Source: Novakomyces olei (Eukaryota). Taken from it: a DNA stretch of 64,000 nucleotides. The stretch lies in the NCBI GenBank assembly GCA_016906335.1, contig JADEYG010000005.1, positions 372,001-436,000 of the forward strand. Reading direction: 5' to 3'. The notes beneath the pieces are model-generated. The model had not been told where the DNA came from and ran no database searches. It worked only from the letters and a program-made list of their open reading frames with translations. Positions 25,130 through 38,207 of the stretch are shown in pieces (within the stretch, counting starts at the first letter, position 1; each line of letters opens with the position of its first letter). The translations under genes were made by a program, and so were the position numbers.

Positions 25130-26823
25130 ATGTCGTTTTTCGGGGCTGCGACGGCTGCGACTACCACTCCAGCCGCCTCTGGCAGTGGCTCGCAGGCCGA
25201 TCTCAGTAAAGATGTTGAGGTAGAAGCGGCCAAATAATTTTCTTGGCTAATTGGTCCAGGTAGCACAACCGCCAGAGGATGGAATATCAGATCTGTCTTT
25301 TTCGCCAATGTCAGAGCATCTTGGGGTAGCGTCTTGGTAAGTTTGAAGGCTCAGGATTCTGGCCTGAACAGATTTTTACGAATTTTTCTGGCTTTTTTAC
25401 ACAATTTTTATTGTTACCAAATTGTGATATTAATGCGGCAAACAGGGACAAAAAGGTTCGGATATACGAAATACAACCGAATGGCCAAAACATCGGTAAA
25501 GCTCTTTTTGAACACAGCGCTCCAGTGCTATCATGTCACTGGTCAAAGGTAAAGTAGTTCAGACTGTAATCTGACTCTGTGATTTCATGATTATATGGCT
25601 TTTATTGAAATCATTTGCTTTTTTAATATTTTGTCTCTTGTTTTTTTGGTCCAAGGCCTTTTTATACACAAGATCTTGCTTATTTGTCTATTGGCCATGC
25701 CGAATGTTTATCAACTTCATCTATTTGTTTGCGTTTTTCTTTTCTTGTCCTTGTGCATTCCTATATATACATACATTCCATGTCTTGTTTAATGATTTCA
25801 ATGTTACACTCTTCCTCTTCCTCTGCCTCTTTTGTATTATTTCAATTGTTTCTTGCTCTTTACTCACTGTCTAGGACGGGACAAAACTTGCTTCAGGCAG
25901 TATTGACAAGACGGCTAAAGTCTTTGATGTTCAAAGTGGACAAAATCAGCAAGTAGCGGCTCACGATGCTCCTATTAGAGTCGTACGCTGGGTTGATGGA
26001 GGACCATCCGGCCAAGTCTTGGCGACAGGATCGTGGGACAAGACACTAAAATATTGGGATCTTCGGCAGCAAGCACCGATTTCCACAGTTCAGTTACCAG
26101 AAAGATGTTATACTATGGATGTTAAGGATCAGCTTCTTGTAGTTGGTACAGCCGAAAGACATGTTTGCATTATAAATCTTCAAAACCCGGGAGCCATCTT
26201 CAAGACAGTACAGAGCCCGTTAAAGTTTCAGACTCGCGTGGTTGCCTGCTTCAACAAAGCAAACGGATACGCGTTAGGAAGCGTAGAGGGTCGCTGTGCA
26301 ATTCAGTATGTTGATGAAAAGGAAACGAGCAACAATTTCAGCTTTAGATGTCAACGAGAACAAACAGGGATTGGAGGAAAAGATGAAAATGCATTTAGTG
26401 TAAACGCTATTAGTTTCAATCCTGTTCATGGGACTTTTTCCACTGCTGGAGCAGATGGTACTTTTCATTTCTGGGACAAAGACTCAAGGCACCGGCTAAA
26501 ATTGTCTCCCAATGTCGGCTGCCCGATTAGTGCGACAGCAATTAGTCGTACCGGCGATATCTTTGCATATGCTATGAGCTATGATTGGAACAAGGTTGGT
26601 GAAGTATATTTGTATATATATTGTGTATACATTTTATTTAATTTTATTTTCGTAACCAGTACTGTTTGTTCCTATACTAATCGTTTATAGGGTTATCAGG
26701 GAAACGATCCAAAATTACCAAACAAAATTATGCTACACGCAGTGGGCCCAGATGAGGTATTATTTTGACTTTTATTGCATTGGCTAATCGGTCTAGATGA
26801 AGAGTAAACCGAAAAAACGTTAG
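25130..26823 (+). CDS. GLE2: mRNA export WD40 protein Rae1/Gle2
   Basis: Six exons. DVEVAQPPEDGISDL, QVAAHDAPI, ATGSWDKTLKYWDLRQ, SPLKFQTR, GSVEGRCAIQY, FSTAGADGTFHFWDKD, YAMSYDWNKG; ends MKSKPKKR*. Confidence 0.95.
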
Positions 26824-27014
26824 GCTAAGTTGTTTTCTAGGTTAGGAAGATCTGTAATATACTGCTGCATGTTAGCGGCCTTTCATATCGATTAATACAA
26901 CATGACAACAGTCTGGTGATACGGCAAAAAATAAGGGCATGTCACGAACCTATTACTGTAGAAACGATTTGTAATAATGTTTTAAAATGTTTTTATTATT
27001 CAATTATATCTTCA

Positions 27015-27856
27015 CTAGTTTGTCATTGAGCCAAGAATATTACTGCTAGTCAGAAAATCTCGAATGTCAGAATTGAGAGACTCCCCGACTGACTCGGTGG
27101 GCGCTGCCGCAGCCTTTTCGGCCGATGATGCGACCAATCCTCTATTCTCCATATCCTTAAGGTACCGCTTAATAAGGACCCGTTCACCACGTAAAGATAT
27201 ATTTGCGTTACTCCGTCCCCATGAAACGCCATAAGCGTCCGCCTCGTCTTTACTTACGCGCTGTAATATTTCCTGCTTCCGCCGAAGCCGATAAAACTTA
27301 GCTGTTGCCTCCGCATAAGCCGTATTCTCGTCCAAATGACGTTCTGTCATTAACCAGGCCTGATGTTGGATGACACTGTAGTTAGTAAAAGGTCAACTGG
27401 TAGAATATCAATCTTTTATTCAATATTTTCCAATTTTTTCCTCTGATTTATTCTCTGCTAAATATTTCGTTGCTAATGTTCTTTCTCTCATCAATTGCTC
27501 TGTTCATACTTTTCGCCAGTAAGGGCAATATTGGGCTGATCCAGTTTGCTCCAATCATGAATAAAACCGTCCTTGCCGTCCTGTTCCATGACAACATAGG
27601 GTTTTGCTAATTCCCAGGGATGCTCCTGAAAGAACCTCCGTCGTAATTTGTCTTGCAGATATTTGATCTTTGGTGGAGCCGACCCGTACCGTGTTTTGCG
27701 TGACATATCAGGACCATGAGACGGGTAAGGTCTCCGCATTAGATTTGCTGAAGGCGGCCGCTCTAAAACCGCCCGGTACCATGTTGGCTCTGCTTTCAAT
27801 ATTTTTGTGCCAAGAATATTGGACGTGCGCAAGTGCACATCCAATGCTTTTGACAT
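27015..27856 (-). CDS. RSM25: Mitochondrial small-subunit ribosomal protein mS23 (Rsm25)
   Basis: Exons 27856-27510 and 27375-27015; PTWYRAVLERPP, PPKIKYLQDKLRRRFFQEHPWELAKP, DWSKLDQ...LTGENVIQ, AYAEATAKFYRLR. Confidence 0.9.
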
Positions 27857-27943
27857 GCCGGCCCGGACTTTGAGGAAATTTACGAAAAGCAATTTTTTGA
27901 TTTATACCTACGCTTATAACTAGCATTCTTTCTTTTTTATTAT

Positions 27944-28097
<154 letters not shown>

Positions 28098-28284
28098 ATC
28101 TCAAGCATATTTCAAAGTAGTAGGCAACTTCCACGTAATTATTGATCAAATTAATATTTCTAATCTACAAGTAAGCTTACAGTTATCGTTAGGTGGGCTC
28201 GGTACAGACCGTCGTTTCCTTAGCCGCCCCGTCCACTGCCAATCAGTAAGACACTTGGGAAAAGGCCGTGTATTGATCGTCAAA

Positions 28285-29197
28285 ATGACAAAAGAAGTGA
28301 TCAAAGTAAGGTGCAATGGCGAGTCACCAGCGCTGATTTTTAGGTGGCCGTGCTGGTCAACATGCACGCAAACTCGGCCATAACAAAAGAAGGAATCGCA
28401 AATATTTACCGCGATTTTCTGCAGAAATCCATCAATGGCTATAACAGTTCCGTGGCACTAGAATTTTCATGGTACGACGCAGTGCGGCTTGAGTTTCCCG
28501 ACGCGTCCGCTTTGGCCAACTTGGATCTGCTTTTGTTATCTGGAGGCAGTATGTATTGCTCTCGTGTTTTGCTTCCTTTTTATATATTTATCTATTGTCC
28601 AATAAAAGTTTGAACCGTCTAACCTTAGGCGATCCCCCACAATCGGACGAGTATGAGTGGATTAACAAGGAACGTCGGGAACTGGCTCGTGCGTTCACCG
28701 AGTATCCGGCTCTTAAAGTCGTGGGTATCTGCTGGGGACACCAAGTCACAAACATTGTTCTCGGCGGCAGTGTTGCAGAGAATCCATTGGGTTGGGAGGT
28801 AAGGTCTATCTTTTTAATTTAGCAATCGAAATATCATGTGTACTGATCGGCTTAGCTGGGCGTAAAAGAGATCAAATTAACGCGCGAAGGCTCCGAGTTT
28901 TTTGGGGTGCCCGCCCTGAGATTACACGAGTTTCATCATCGTCACGTAACAGACCAAGCTCCCCATACAATACGTACAGCGTCTTCTGTTTTGACACCAC
29001 TTCAAGGAATATTTAAAGACAATCGTATAATCACACTTCAAGGTCATCCCGAAGCTAGTGCGCAAGTCATGCGAGCCTGGCTGGCCGACAAAGTTAATGG
29101 CAAAGGCATTGCATGGAATGAAAGCGATCTAGATTTGCCTCATGATGGGCTCGTAATCGGGCAGCGGCTCGTAAAATGGATCATAGAAGGTAGCTAG
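28285..29197 (+). CDS. Class I glutamine amidotransferase-like protein (stand-alone GATase1; gamma-glutamyl hydrolase/peptidase-like), 245 aa
   Basis: Exons 28285-28305, 28344-28548, 28629-28798 and 28856-29197 total 738 nt in frame. Oxyanion LLSGGS, nucleophile GICWGHQ and QGHPE give an intact Cys-His-Glu triad. Confidence 0.9.
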
Positions 29198-29456
29198 GAT
29201 TAGGGTTAATGTATACTCGTTTTTAAGTGTCGTATTGCTTTGAGACAGAATAGTCAAATTAAAGGACTTTGTGCACATATATTATTTTTAATAGACCGAT
29301 TGATAAACTGCGCACAGTATGACTTTGCTGTACGTACAAGGTGTGGAGTATAATACCGACGGTTACACATCCCACGGTTGTGTTACACAAGACTTTGTAG
29401 GACTTGTGTAAAGCCGTGTGAGGGTGCGCAGACAGCTGCCAGGGACCATCTAGACA

Positions 29457-32052
29457 ATGGCATTAGACGAACATCCCGCGCCTGCCAATGGCAGCCAAAC
29501 AGGTGCAGAACTCTTCAAACTACCTACAGAATGCCGGAATGCACGGACGCTAAACATCGACCGCATGAGCACATTGGACTGCGTTCGCACCATCAATCAA
29601 GAAGATTCGTCGGTACCACAGTCATTAGAGCCAGTGCTTCCAATCTTGGCTGCGGCTGTTGACGAAACAGTTCCTCGAGTACGAAATGGGGGCCGTGTAA
29701 TATATATAGGTGCCGGCACGAGCGGACGGTATGCCACTCCCTCCTGGCTTTTTTTCTTAGCTATTTATTTATATTTTATTTTTATATATTTCTATTTTCT
29801 CAGTTGCAACCAAGATCTGTTTTGGCCGTTTTTTGATACTTTCCTCTGGATTGCGCTCTTTTTGTTTCCCTTATTTCACCACTTTAAAACGAAAAATCTT
29901 CAGCCGTTATCGGTTCTCTATGCCAATCAATCTAAGTGTACCTTCATGGTGTTTATAAATAATAAATTTTCCATCTCGTCTGCAGTTTCCGGCAAGTGTT
30001 CTGATTTTCAAGGTTGGGCGTACTCGATGCTTCCGAGCTACTGCCCACGTTTTCCGCGGACCCGGATCAGTTTATTGGCGTGATTGCTGGTGGAGATACT
30101 GCTTTAAGGTGGGCTGTTGAAGGCGCAGAGGACTCGCGGGATGAAGCGGTGCGGACCCTGACAGAAATGAATCTGCAAGTCATCGACACGGTTATCGGTA
30201 TTGCCGCGTCTGGACGCACACCTTACGTCATCAGTGGGCTAGCCCACGCAAAATCAGTGGGATGTCTTACTATCGGAGTTGTGTGCGTCCCACATTCCGC
30301 TTTAGCACAGGCTGGGGTGGCTTCATTTGTTATCGCGCCTGTTCCGGGCCCAGAGGTTGGCTCACGATCTAGTTTCTTGTCATTAATCGAGCAGGTTGTT
30401 ACTGGAAGTACCCGGCTCAAAGCCGGGACAGCGACGAAGCTGGTGCTTAATACGCTGAGTACTACGCTCATGATTGCTCTGGGCAAGACTTACGGAAATT
30501 TGGTACGGGCCCTGTAAGAGCCTAGGCTCTTAAATTTTTTTTTAAATTTAATTCTTGCTCTTGTGTTTTATAATTGACCCAAGATTTTATTTTATTTGAC
30601 TTTACAACAATCTCTCTCGTACAACAAGTATTTTGCTCTTTTCTGAATTCCCATTAACTTCTAATACTGCTCTCTCTGACCCTTAAGATGGTAGATTTGC
30701 GCACAAGCAATGCGAAACTAGTGGCGCGCGCGACTAATATTGTACGTGAAGCTTGTGGCGCACGTATCCACGTGCCGCGTGGGGGCCAATCATCCCCTCT
30801 CGCTGAGCCCACGGACGAAAATGTGGCTACACTTTTAAGGGCGTGCAATGGCAGTGCTAAACTGGCTATTCTTGTAGCCCAATCAGGCTTATCTGTGAAA
30901 GAAGCAGAGCGTTCATTGGCCGCACACGGACGATTAGCATCTGCCTTATCTGATTTTCCATCAAAAAACTGTACAGATTTGCCATCAGACAATGTCGACG
31001 CAACAAACGGCAATTCGCTACCCACAAAACCAAACGGCACTTGGAGCCTTGCTATTGATGCGGGGGGATCCTCGTGTGATGCTGTTTTGCTAAGCAACAA
31101 TGGCAGTTCTTTTCGCTACAAGGGCGGCTCGTGCAATTTGTATGTTTACTTTTTTATTTTGTTTTTCTAATAAAACAGTCTAAATCTCGGCGTTGCTGGA
31201 TGCGTGCAACGAATCAGTGAAGCTGCGCGTCAGGTCACAGAGGAAGCGGCAATCACTGTGCGGGATGTTTCAGCTGCGTGGATCGGTATGGCCGGTCTAG
31301 ATCGCCGCGATGATATTATACGGATGCGAGAGGAAATGCTCTTGGTTTTCCCCCACCTTTTGCTGGACCAGCGGCTCTTTGTCACAAACGATTGCCTAAT
31401 GACATCAGTCGGCGCAGAGCTGCGTGGGAGGGCTGTGGGATTGATCTGCGGTACAGGCAGTGTGGCTATGAGTTATGTACAAGGAGATAAGCAAGACACG
31501 GGAATCCTTCCGAGACGCGTTGCGCGGGCTGGCGGATGGGGTCCCGTACTCGGCGATGATGGAAGCGGATTTGCCATTGGCAGGGCGGCGATAAGAAACT
31601 GTCTCGCCAGTATCGATGCTGGCACCAATCTCTCGCCCCTGCAATCGGCAGTTTTACAGCACTACAATGCGGACGGAGAAGATTTACTACGTAAAGTCCT
31701 CGTTACAGACTCGACCGGACCGGCTTCCGGTGCGTCGTCACGTGTCACCGAGATTGCCCGCACGAGTGGGCTGGTTCTCACGCTGTACGAAAGAGGAAAT
31801 GCGGAGGCCGTCGAAATTGTGGAGGCGGCACATTCCGCACTTGCCGGTATTGTGCACAGTTTGTGTCGAAAGGACACGGAGCTTTGTCCGGAAGAAGCGA
31901 GTCTCCTGCTCGTAGGTGGGCTATTTAAAAACGAAAAATTTTGCAACAATTTTCTCGTTCGATTAAAGGCGCTCGAAATTCGGTTTAAAGCCGTTCGCCA
32001 TATTCAGGACCCGGCGTGGTTGAGCGTGAATTACCTTCAGGCAAACATTTGA
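29457..32052 (+). CDS. murQ: Fusion protein: MurQ-type N-acetylmuramic acid-6-phosphate etherase (SIS/GCKR family) plus BadF/BadG/BcrA/BcrD-type (NAGK/MurK-like) amino-sugar kinase, 682 aa
   Basis: Exons 29457-29728, 30013-30355, 30395-30502, 30688-31139 and 31179-32052 total 2049 nt in frame. MurQ motifs: TECRN..[89 protein letters not shown]. Kinase motifs: IDAGGS, IGMAG, VTND, ICGTGS, RAGGWGPVLGDDGSGFAIG, LVGGLF. Confidence 0.92.
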
Positions 32053-32556
32053 ATTGGGAATCAACACGATAAAATATAAAATAAACTGGCAACGCAGGAT
32101 GCCATACTACACATAAAAGGGAGAAGACATATGAAAACAAGAAGTTGCACGAGGAAAAGAAATTGCTAAAAGCAGGCTGCTTTGCTATCATAACGCTTTG
32201 GTTAACCCCGAATAAAAAGACAAATGAGTGTACATATCGTAAATTCATTACATGATTATAGATTTGAAAAAAATACATTTGACGGACTGCCTCTTATTAT
32301 CGAAAAACTAATTCACATATAAACTGAAAACCGTCGCTCTCCCTTATTCTATTGCATTTGTCAAATTGGTATTTAAAGCAACTACAATTTTTGGTTCTAG
32401 TGAAAAGAACAAAGCAGTTAAAACGGAGCCTGGAAAAATCTAATACAGGGATTTTCAGCGAATACAACGGCGACATCTCCCAACACCTTCTCCCAGAATA
32501 ACACAGAACTAAAAACACAGAACTAAAAACGTGAAAAGAAAAAATATCGGAGCAAG

Positions 32557-33660
32557 CTAATTTTCTGGTGCTTTCAGCTGTTCAAATACATTGGTTTCTC
32601 TAAGCAAAATGGCATCCTTCAGCCAGCTTGGCAAGAAGGACATCAAATAAACCCCTTTAGAAAATGAGCCTGTCCAAATGTGCAATGGGTAAGACCATAA
32701 TGAAAGATCAGTAAGACGAGCATGGCCAGTCGCTTGCTTGACGAGATTGCGACTAAACTCCATCGTATTCATCATCTTTCCCTTCAAACGCGCATCTAAT
32801 TCCTTTAGTTGCGGCTCTGTCGCCTTGTAAAGTGAATCTTCACGGAAGCGTTTCTTTGAGCCATTGTCCCAAATGTTGGACTCGATAGCGCCCGGCAGAG
32901 CGGTTATAACTCGGACACCAAACGGCTTGAGCTCTAATCGTAGTCCGTCAGAATAAGACAAGAGTGCAGCTTTGGAAGATGCGTAAGCAGTGTTAAATGG
33001 GTTTGACAAGACTGCGGCACAGCTGCTAATCTGCAAAATTGTGCCTTTGGCCTTTATGAGAAGCGGTGCAAAAGCCTTGCATACTCGAACAACCCCAAAC
33101 ACTAGCAGAGTTAAAATTGAATTTCCATGATAAAATAAAAGGAAAAGAAATAAATAATAAAAGAGATAGAGGAATTAAGCCAACCATTTGTTTCGTAAAC
33201 AAGCTTGAACTCGTCGGCACTCATTTCAATCGCGGGTCCGAACCGGTGAATACCCGCATTATTCACGAGCAAATCCAATTTTCCTCCAAACTTTTCTGCC
33301 ACAGTAGCCGCAGCAGCCGACACGGACTCGTCGCTAGTAACATCAAGCCTGACAAGAGTAACCTGCTCGTTTCGGAGCAAGGAAACCTTTTCCAAAGATC
33401 TAGTATGAAATTGATTAGGTTACAGTTCGATGCTAACTAAAAGAACGAATCTTTAAAGCTAAATTCATTCATTCATTTATGTATTTTATTTCTTTGCGCA
33501 TGTTCCATTAATGACGCGTCTGGCCGTAACGTAAGCATTAAAGTAAACCCTACCTTGCTGCCGCGATTACGTGCCAGCCTTGCTCGAGCAGGGCACGGCA
33601 GATCCCGTCGCCAATACCGCCGGCACTAGTTCCAGTGACCAGCGCTACTTTCCCAGTCAT
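32557..33660 (-). CDS. Short-chain dehydrogenase/reductase (Ayr1/17-beta-HSD-like)
   Basis: Exons 33660-33554, 33399-33185 and 33101-32557; VALVTGTSAGGIG, LDVT, LDLLVNNAG, YETNVFG, catalytic YASSK, LRLELKPFGVRV. Confidence 0.9.
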
Positions 33661-34799
33661 TGTCAATTTGCGCTGCTACTATAGTTTCTGCCACAAATGC
33701 TGGTCGGCAGTCAATTATTTCCAGAGAGCGCCAGTGACGTATAGGGATTATAGGGGTTATATTAAATACTATCGCGCTTCCCAATCCGGCAGTAGTTGTT
33801 CCGACAGATACATACGCGTACCCAACCTTGCGTGGGACGGAGGAACTGTATTAATATAACGTTTTGCACACGCGAGTTTATATAGTTTAGGCTGAATGGA
33901 TAGGCGGTGTTTTGAAAAATGTGGCTTTTGTATGAACATTTTGAACACTGATACCAGGCTGCTTTATTATTCATTTTGTTAACGCTGCTATTGTCTTTTA
34001 CGGTGGTGGTACGATAGAGCAATGGCAGGTCGCCCCAATTGGCCCGTTTGTCAGATCGCATTGGGCGCCCGGCATATTTGAAACCATGGTGGCCTAATCT
34101 ACGTACGTGGACGAAAATAGCGAAGGCATGGGAAACTTCAAAGTAAGAGTGTAGCAGATTTTTTAAGGTTAGAAAGGATAGTGGGCCTGGACAGTCCACA
34201 TTAACCCGTAATATGGTGACGATAACCGGATTAAAGTACGGCTGGATGATATATATAGGCACGACAGCAGTGTAACAAGGAATAATTTAGGCGTAGACCG
34301 GTAGATGTTCTTATACATTGGTGGGGCCACACAAACCACTACAGACTTGACTGTACACGGTAAATCAGTCTCCGGAATGAGTTCAGGCAAGCATGTAATT
34401 CAAAATATGTTTGATGTTTGTGCCGTGACGGAAATTACTACGAGCGGCAATATCTCGAACCTTTTCCCGCAGTCATCCTCGTACGCTTGGCAAGTTCACA
34501 CAAGCTTTCCGAGTCTCGTAAGAGTTTTATACTGAGTAACATTAATATTCCATGTGTAAAAGTAAGACAAGGCGAACTTTGTAAAAGTATGACGATAGAC
34601 AGTGCGCTGTACATAGATAGTAACGTGCGTATATAGCCAGCGTGCGTAAGAAATACACACATTGTACACGTACAACTTATGCGAGACCGACTCCAACATT
34701 TGAGATATTCGCTCTACGCACTGACGTAGCAAACATCGGATCGATCATGTGGGCAGACGAGCTTATTGCGAGTGAACGGTAAAAGATCCACAGTACTCA

Positions 34800-37700
34800 A
34801 TGGTACTGGGGAGCCAATCTTCACTACCGCGCCTAGCGGAGAGCAGGCAAAAGACTACTGAATCACAAACGAGCACAGGCTCACACAAGACTCATCTGAG
34901 TCTCCCAAAGCCTTCAAAAGTGGTTGGATCAATCGAACGAGCCTTTTCGAAACACCGGAATCGCAGTAGATCTAAATCAAGCAAAGCTGCTAAAGCTGAA
35001 GATTACCCTGGTAGTGACGACGACCACCGTGCCTCTAGTAATGCTTCCCATAGCACGTCACTTTACTCTGTGGACGATTCTATAGCGTATGAGCCTGCAC
35101 AATTTAATTTGCCAGTTGGGTTTGAAGTTTCTACATTTAAAAGGGCGTTTGACGTGCCAAAAAGTCCAATCTTATTTATTTCCTATTCACCATCTAGCCA
35201 TGGTTTATTTGGCTTTTATTCATATTTTGAACATATTTTAATTAATCTCGTTTGCTCTTGTCGCTATTCTACTTGAAAAGTTGATTCTTTTCGCTTCACT
35301 TCACTTCACTTCTCTTCACCTCACTTTATTTCACTTCACTTTGTTTTTTATTTCGTTTATTTTTTCAGTCCCCGTTCGCCCGTTCCCGTTCCCGTTCCCG
35401 TTCCCGTTCGTCTCTTTTCGTTCTTTTTTATTGCTTCCAATAATATATATTCCACCATTTGTTTTCTGCCCTTGACACTCCAGACTAACAGCATCAGCAA
35501 CAGCTCCGAGAGCGATTCAAACTACTTGACAGCCCGCGTTCGTGACGACCAGAACCCTCAGACAGACACGAGGCAGCTACCAATATTAGACCGTGGGCGC
35601 GACTCGCGAGCGAAGCTGACCCTTCACTCGTCCCCTTCAGCTCGAGTGGACGATGGTATTCCGCCTCAAACACAATCAATCCCAACGACAGAAGTGACTC
35701 CGGCTTCGCCAGTTGTCCCGAGATCCAATACTGAGACAACAGGCGATCAGGGCATATTATCATCGTTCCTAAGTGCCGCCAGTAACGCTGCCCACTTCCT
35801 CCTTAAACACGACCAGGATGGTTCTAGTGGTGGGGGCACAAGTGTAGGTGGGGGTACAAGTGTAGGTGGGGGTTCTGCAGGTACGAGTGCAGACGGGTAC
35901 ATGCTCGGTGAGCCTCTTTCCAAGGGCCGATCACAAACAGACACAGATATAACTCCCGGTATCGGTGAGCATGACGGGGTCCGAAGTGCGACGAACAGCA
36001 ATAGTAATAGTAAGAAAAATACAAATAATAACGGTAACAAACCCGAGCGAATGCATCCATCTGGCACGCTTTCCCTCTATGACTTGGACGAGATTCCCTG
36101 GCGCAATATCCCTGGTGGAGGAGAAGGTCCGGCACTGACTAGTGAGCCAGCTGCCCGGCTCAGCCAGGACCCAGGAGTTTCCGGGCTGAACTCTCCCACG
36201 GCGGACAATACTTTCCGTATGTCGAGGCACGAATCAATAGCTTCGTCTGATGGAGGAGCAGGCAGCAACAATTTCGACTCCTCCAAGCAAATCCCCGGAT
36301 TTGCAGTGGCCTCCACGAAACGAAACAAAGAGTTTCATGCACTTTTCAAGTCTGTACCGGAGGACGATTATTTGATTGAGGATTATGGAGCGGCTTTACA
36401 GAAAGATATACTAATCCATGGCCGGTTTTACGTGTCCGAGGGCCATATCTGCTTCAATTCAAACATCTTTGGATGGGTAACAAATTTGATTATTGCCTTT
36501 GAGGATATAGTCGCTATTGAAAAGCGATCTACCGCCGTTCTCTTCCCCACAGCGATACAAATATCCACCAAGCATGCCTCCCACTTGTTTGCCTCCTTTA
36601 TTTCGAGGGACACGACCTATGATCTCGTAGTTAATGTATGGAAACTAACGCACCCTTCAACACGATCGTCTCAAAATGGGATTAGAATAGCCGATATGAG
36701 TGAGAGCGATCGTGCGTCTGCGTCATCGGAAACAGGATCCGATGACGCAGATTTTGACCGTCATAACGAGCAGGACGATGAGGAAGATGACGGCCAAAGT
36801 ATCGGCAGTGCCGAGTCCAATGCGAACACTTCCTCTGAGGCAAAATCGTCTGACGGTGAGGATGACGGCAGCAATAACGGCGGAGTTGGAGCTCATCGCT
36901 CCAGCAACGAAGCGCGTCTGCACGAAAAAGCCAAGGAGGAAGCAGCGCATAGAAACAGGTCAGCTAGTGCTCCTAATTTTGCAGACAGAGGCGATAAAAC
37001 GGGTCCGGGTTCTTCAGCGCAAGACTCTAAAAGAGCCAATGGTGCTAATAGTGCCAATAGCCTTGTGCATCTTTTTGACGATGCTAAAGACGATCCGACG
37101 CAGCACGAGCCGACAAGTTTCCCGGGAAAGCAGTTGGAGAAATCGCTGACAAGCGAGACTATAAATCTGCCGTTGCCTGTATGTTTTCACCTAATGTTTG
37201 GCAGTGATACTGCGTGGATGAGACGGTTCCTGAGTGACGTTTCCAGCGTACGGGACATACAGTTTCGGCCTTGGAAGGGCGAGAATGGATCGTTTGAGAG
37301 GGATATTTCATACATTCGGCCACTGTCGGGACCCGTCGGACCGAAACAGACAGCTTGTAATATCAGTGAGAAGCTTGTTCATGCGAGTTTTGACGATTAT
37401 ATCGAAGTGCTCAGTTACACGGTTACACCTGATGTGCCGAGTGGCAGTTCCTTTGTCGTAAAGACAAAGTACGCACTGTCCTGGGCCGCAAACAATGCCA
37501 CACGCTTCCAACTATCCTGTGCCGTTGAATGGTCAAAGTCTTCCTGGCTGAAATCAGCGGTAGAGAAGGGAGCCTCTGATGGCCAAGAGTCCTTTGCGAG
37601 AAACCTGGTTGCGGAGCTACAAAAGTATGCCTCTGGCAGCGGGAAAAAGCGAAAGCACAAGGGGGGGAGTGGAGGAAATGGCGCTAGATCTGGAGCAGTG

Positions 37701-38207
37701 GGTGAAAGACGAGAAAAATCAAGGAAATCGAAGCAATCGACGTCTCTGGCAGAGGCAGACAGCAAAACTGGTGCTCATAGCTCCAGTGTGTGGACCAGTT
37801 ACATTGCTGATCCAATATTTGGGCTTTTTAGGCAGAGGGGCACAGTTTTGCTCTATATTATTATGGCCATCTTGGCCGTACAGGTCGTCCTGCTCAGCAG
37901 ATCACTCGGCAATTTGTCTGCTGCGAGTGGACGGGATGCGAGTCTTGCCAGCCTGGACTCCCGCTGGCAGACTGAGGAGGATCTGCTCTGGCAGTGGATG
38001 GAGTCGAGGTCCTCGTCGGATAGTGCGAGGTCTTCAGGACGGTACAATAGCAACGTCAACAGCTACCGTTTTTCACGGTCCAGACCGGGACGGGAGGCGG
38101 GACCCAAGAATTCCTTCTCCGAGTACGAAATTCGGGAAGCAATTTCTGTCACAGAAGCAAAACTCAGACGTATTCAAGCGTCGTTGGATGAAGGCCGGGT
38201 TTCATGA
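34800..38207 (+). CDS. GRAM plus VASt/StART-like sterol-transfer protein of membrane contact sites (Lam/Ltc family)
   Basis: Exons 34800-35086 and 35498-38207. GRAM domain (RNKEFHALFKSVPEDDYLIEDY..ALQKDILIHGRFYVSEGHICFNSNIFGW), VASt domain (TPDVPSGSSF, VEWSKSSWLKS) and a C-terminal TM segment. Confidence 0.92.

Noticed and set aside
33990-34535. Complex-looking sequence with interrupted frames between the SDR and LAM genes (possible pseudogene remnant)
   Set aside because: Multiple stops in all frames and no family motif recognised; would need tblastx or blastx support.
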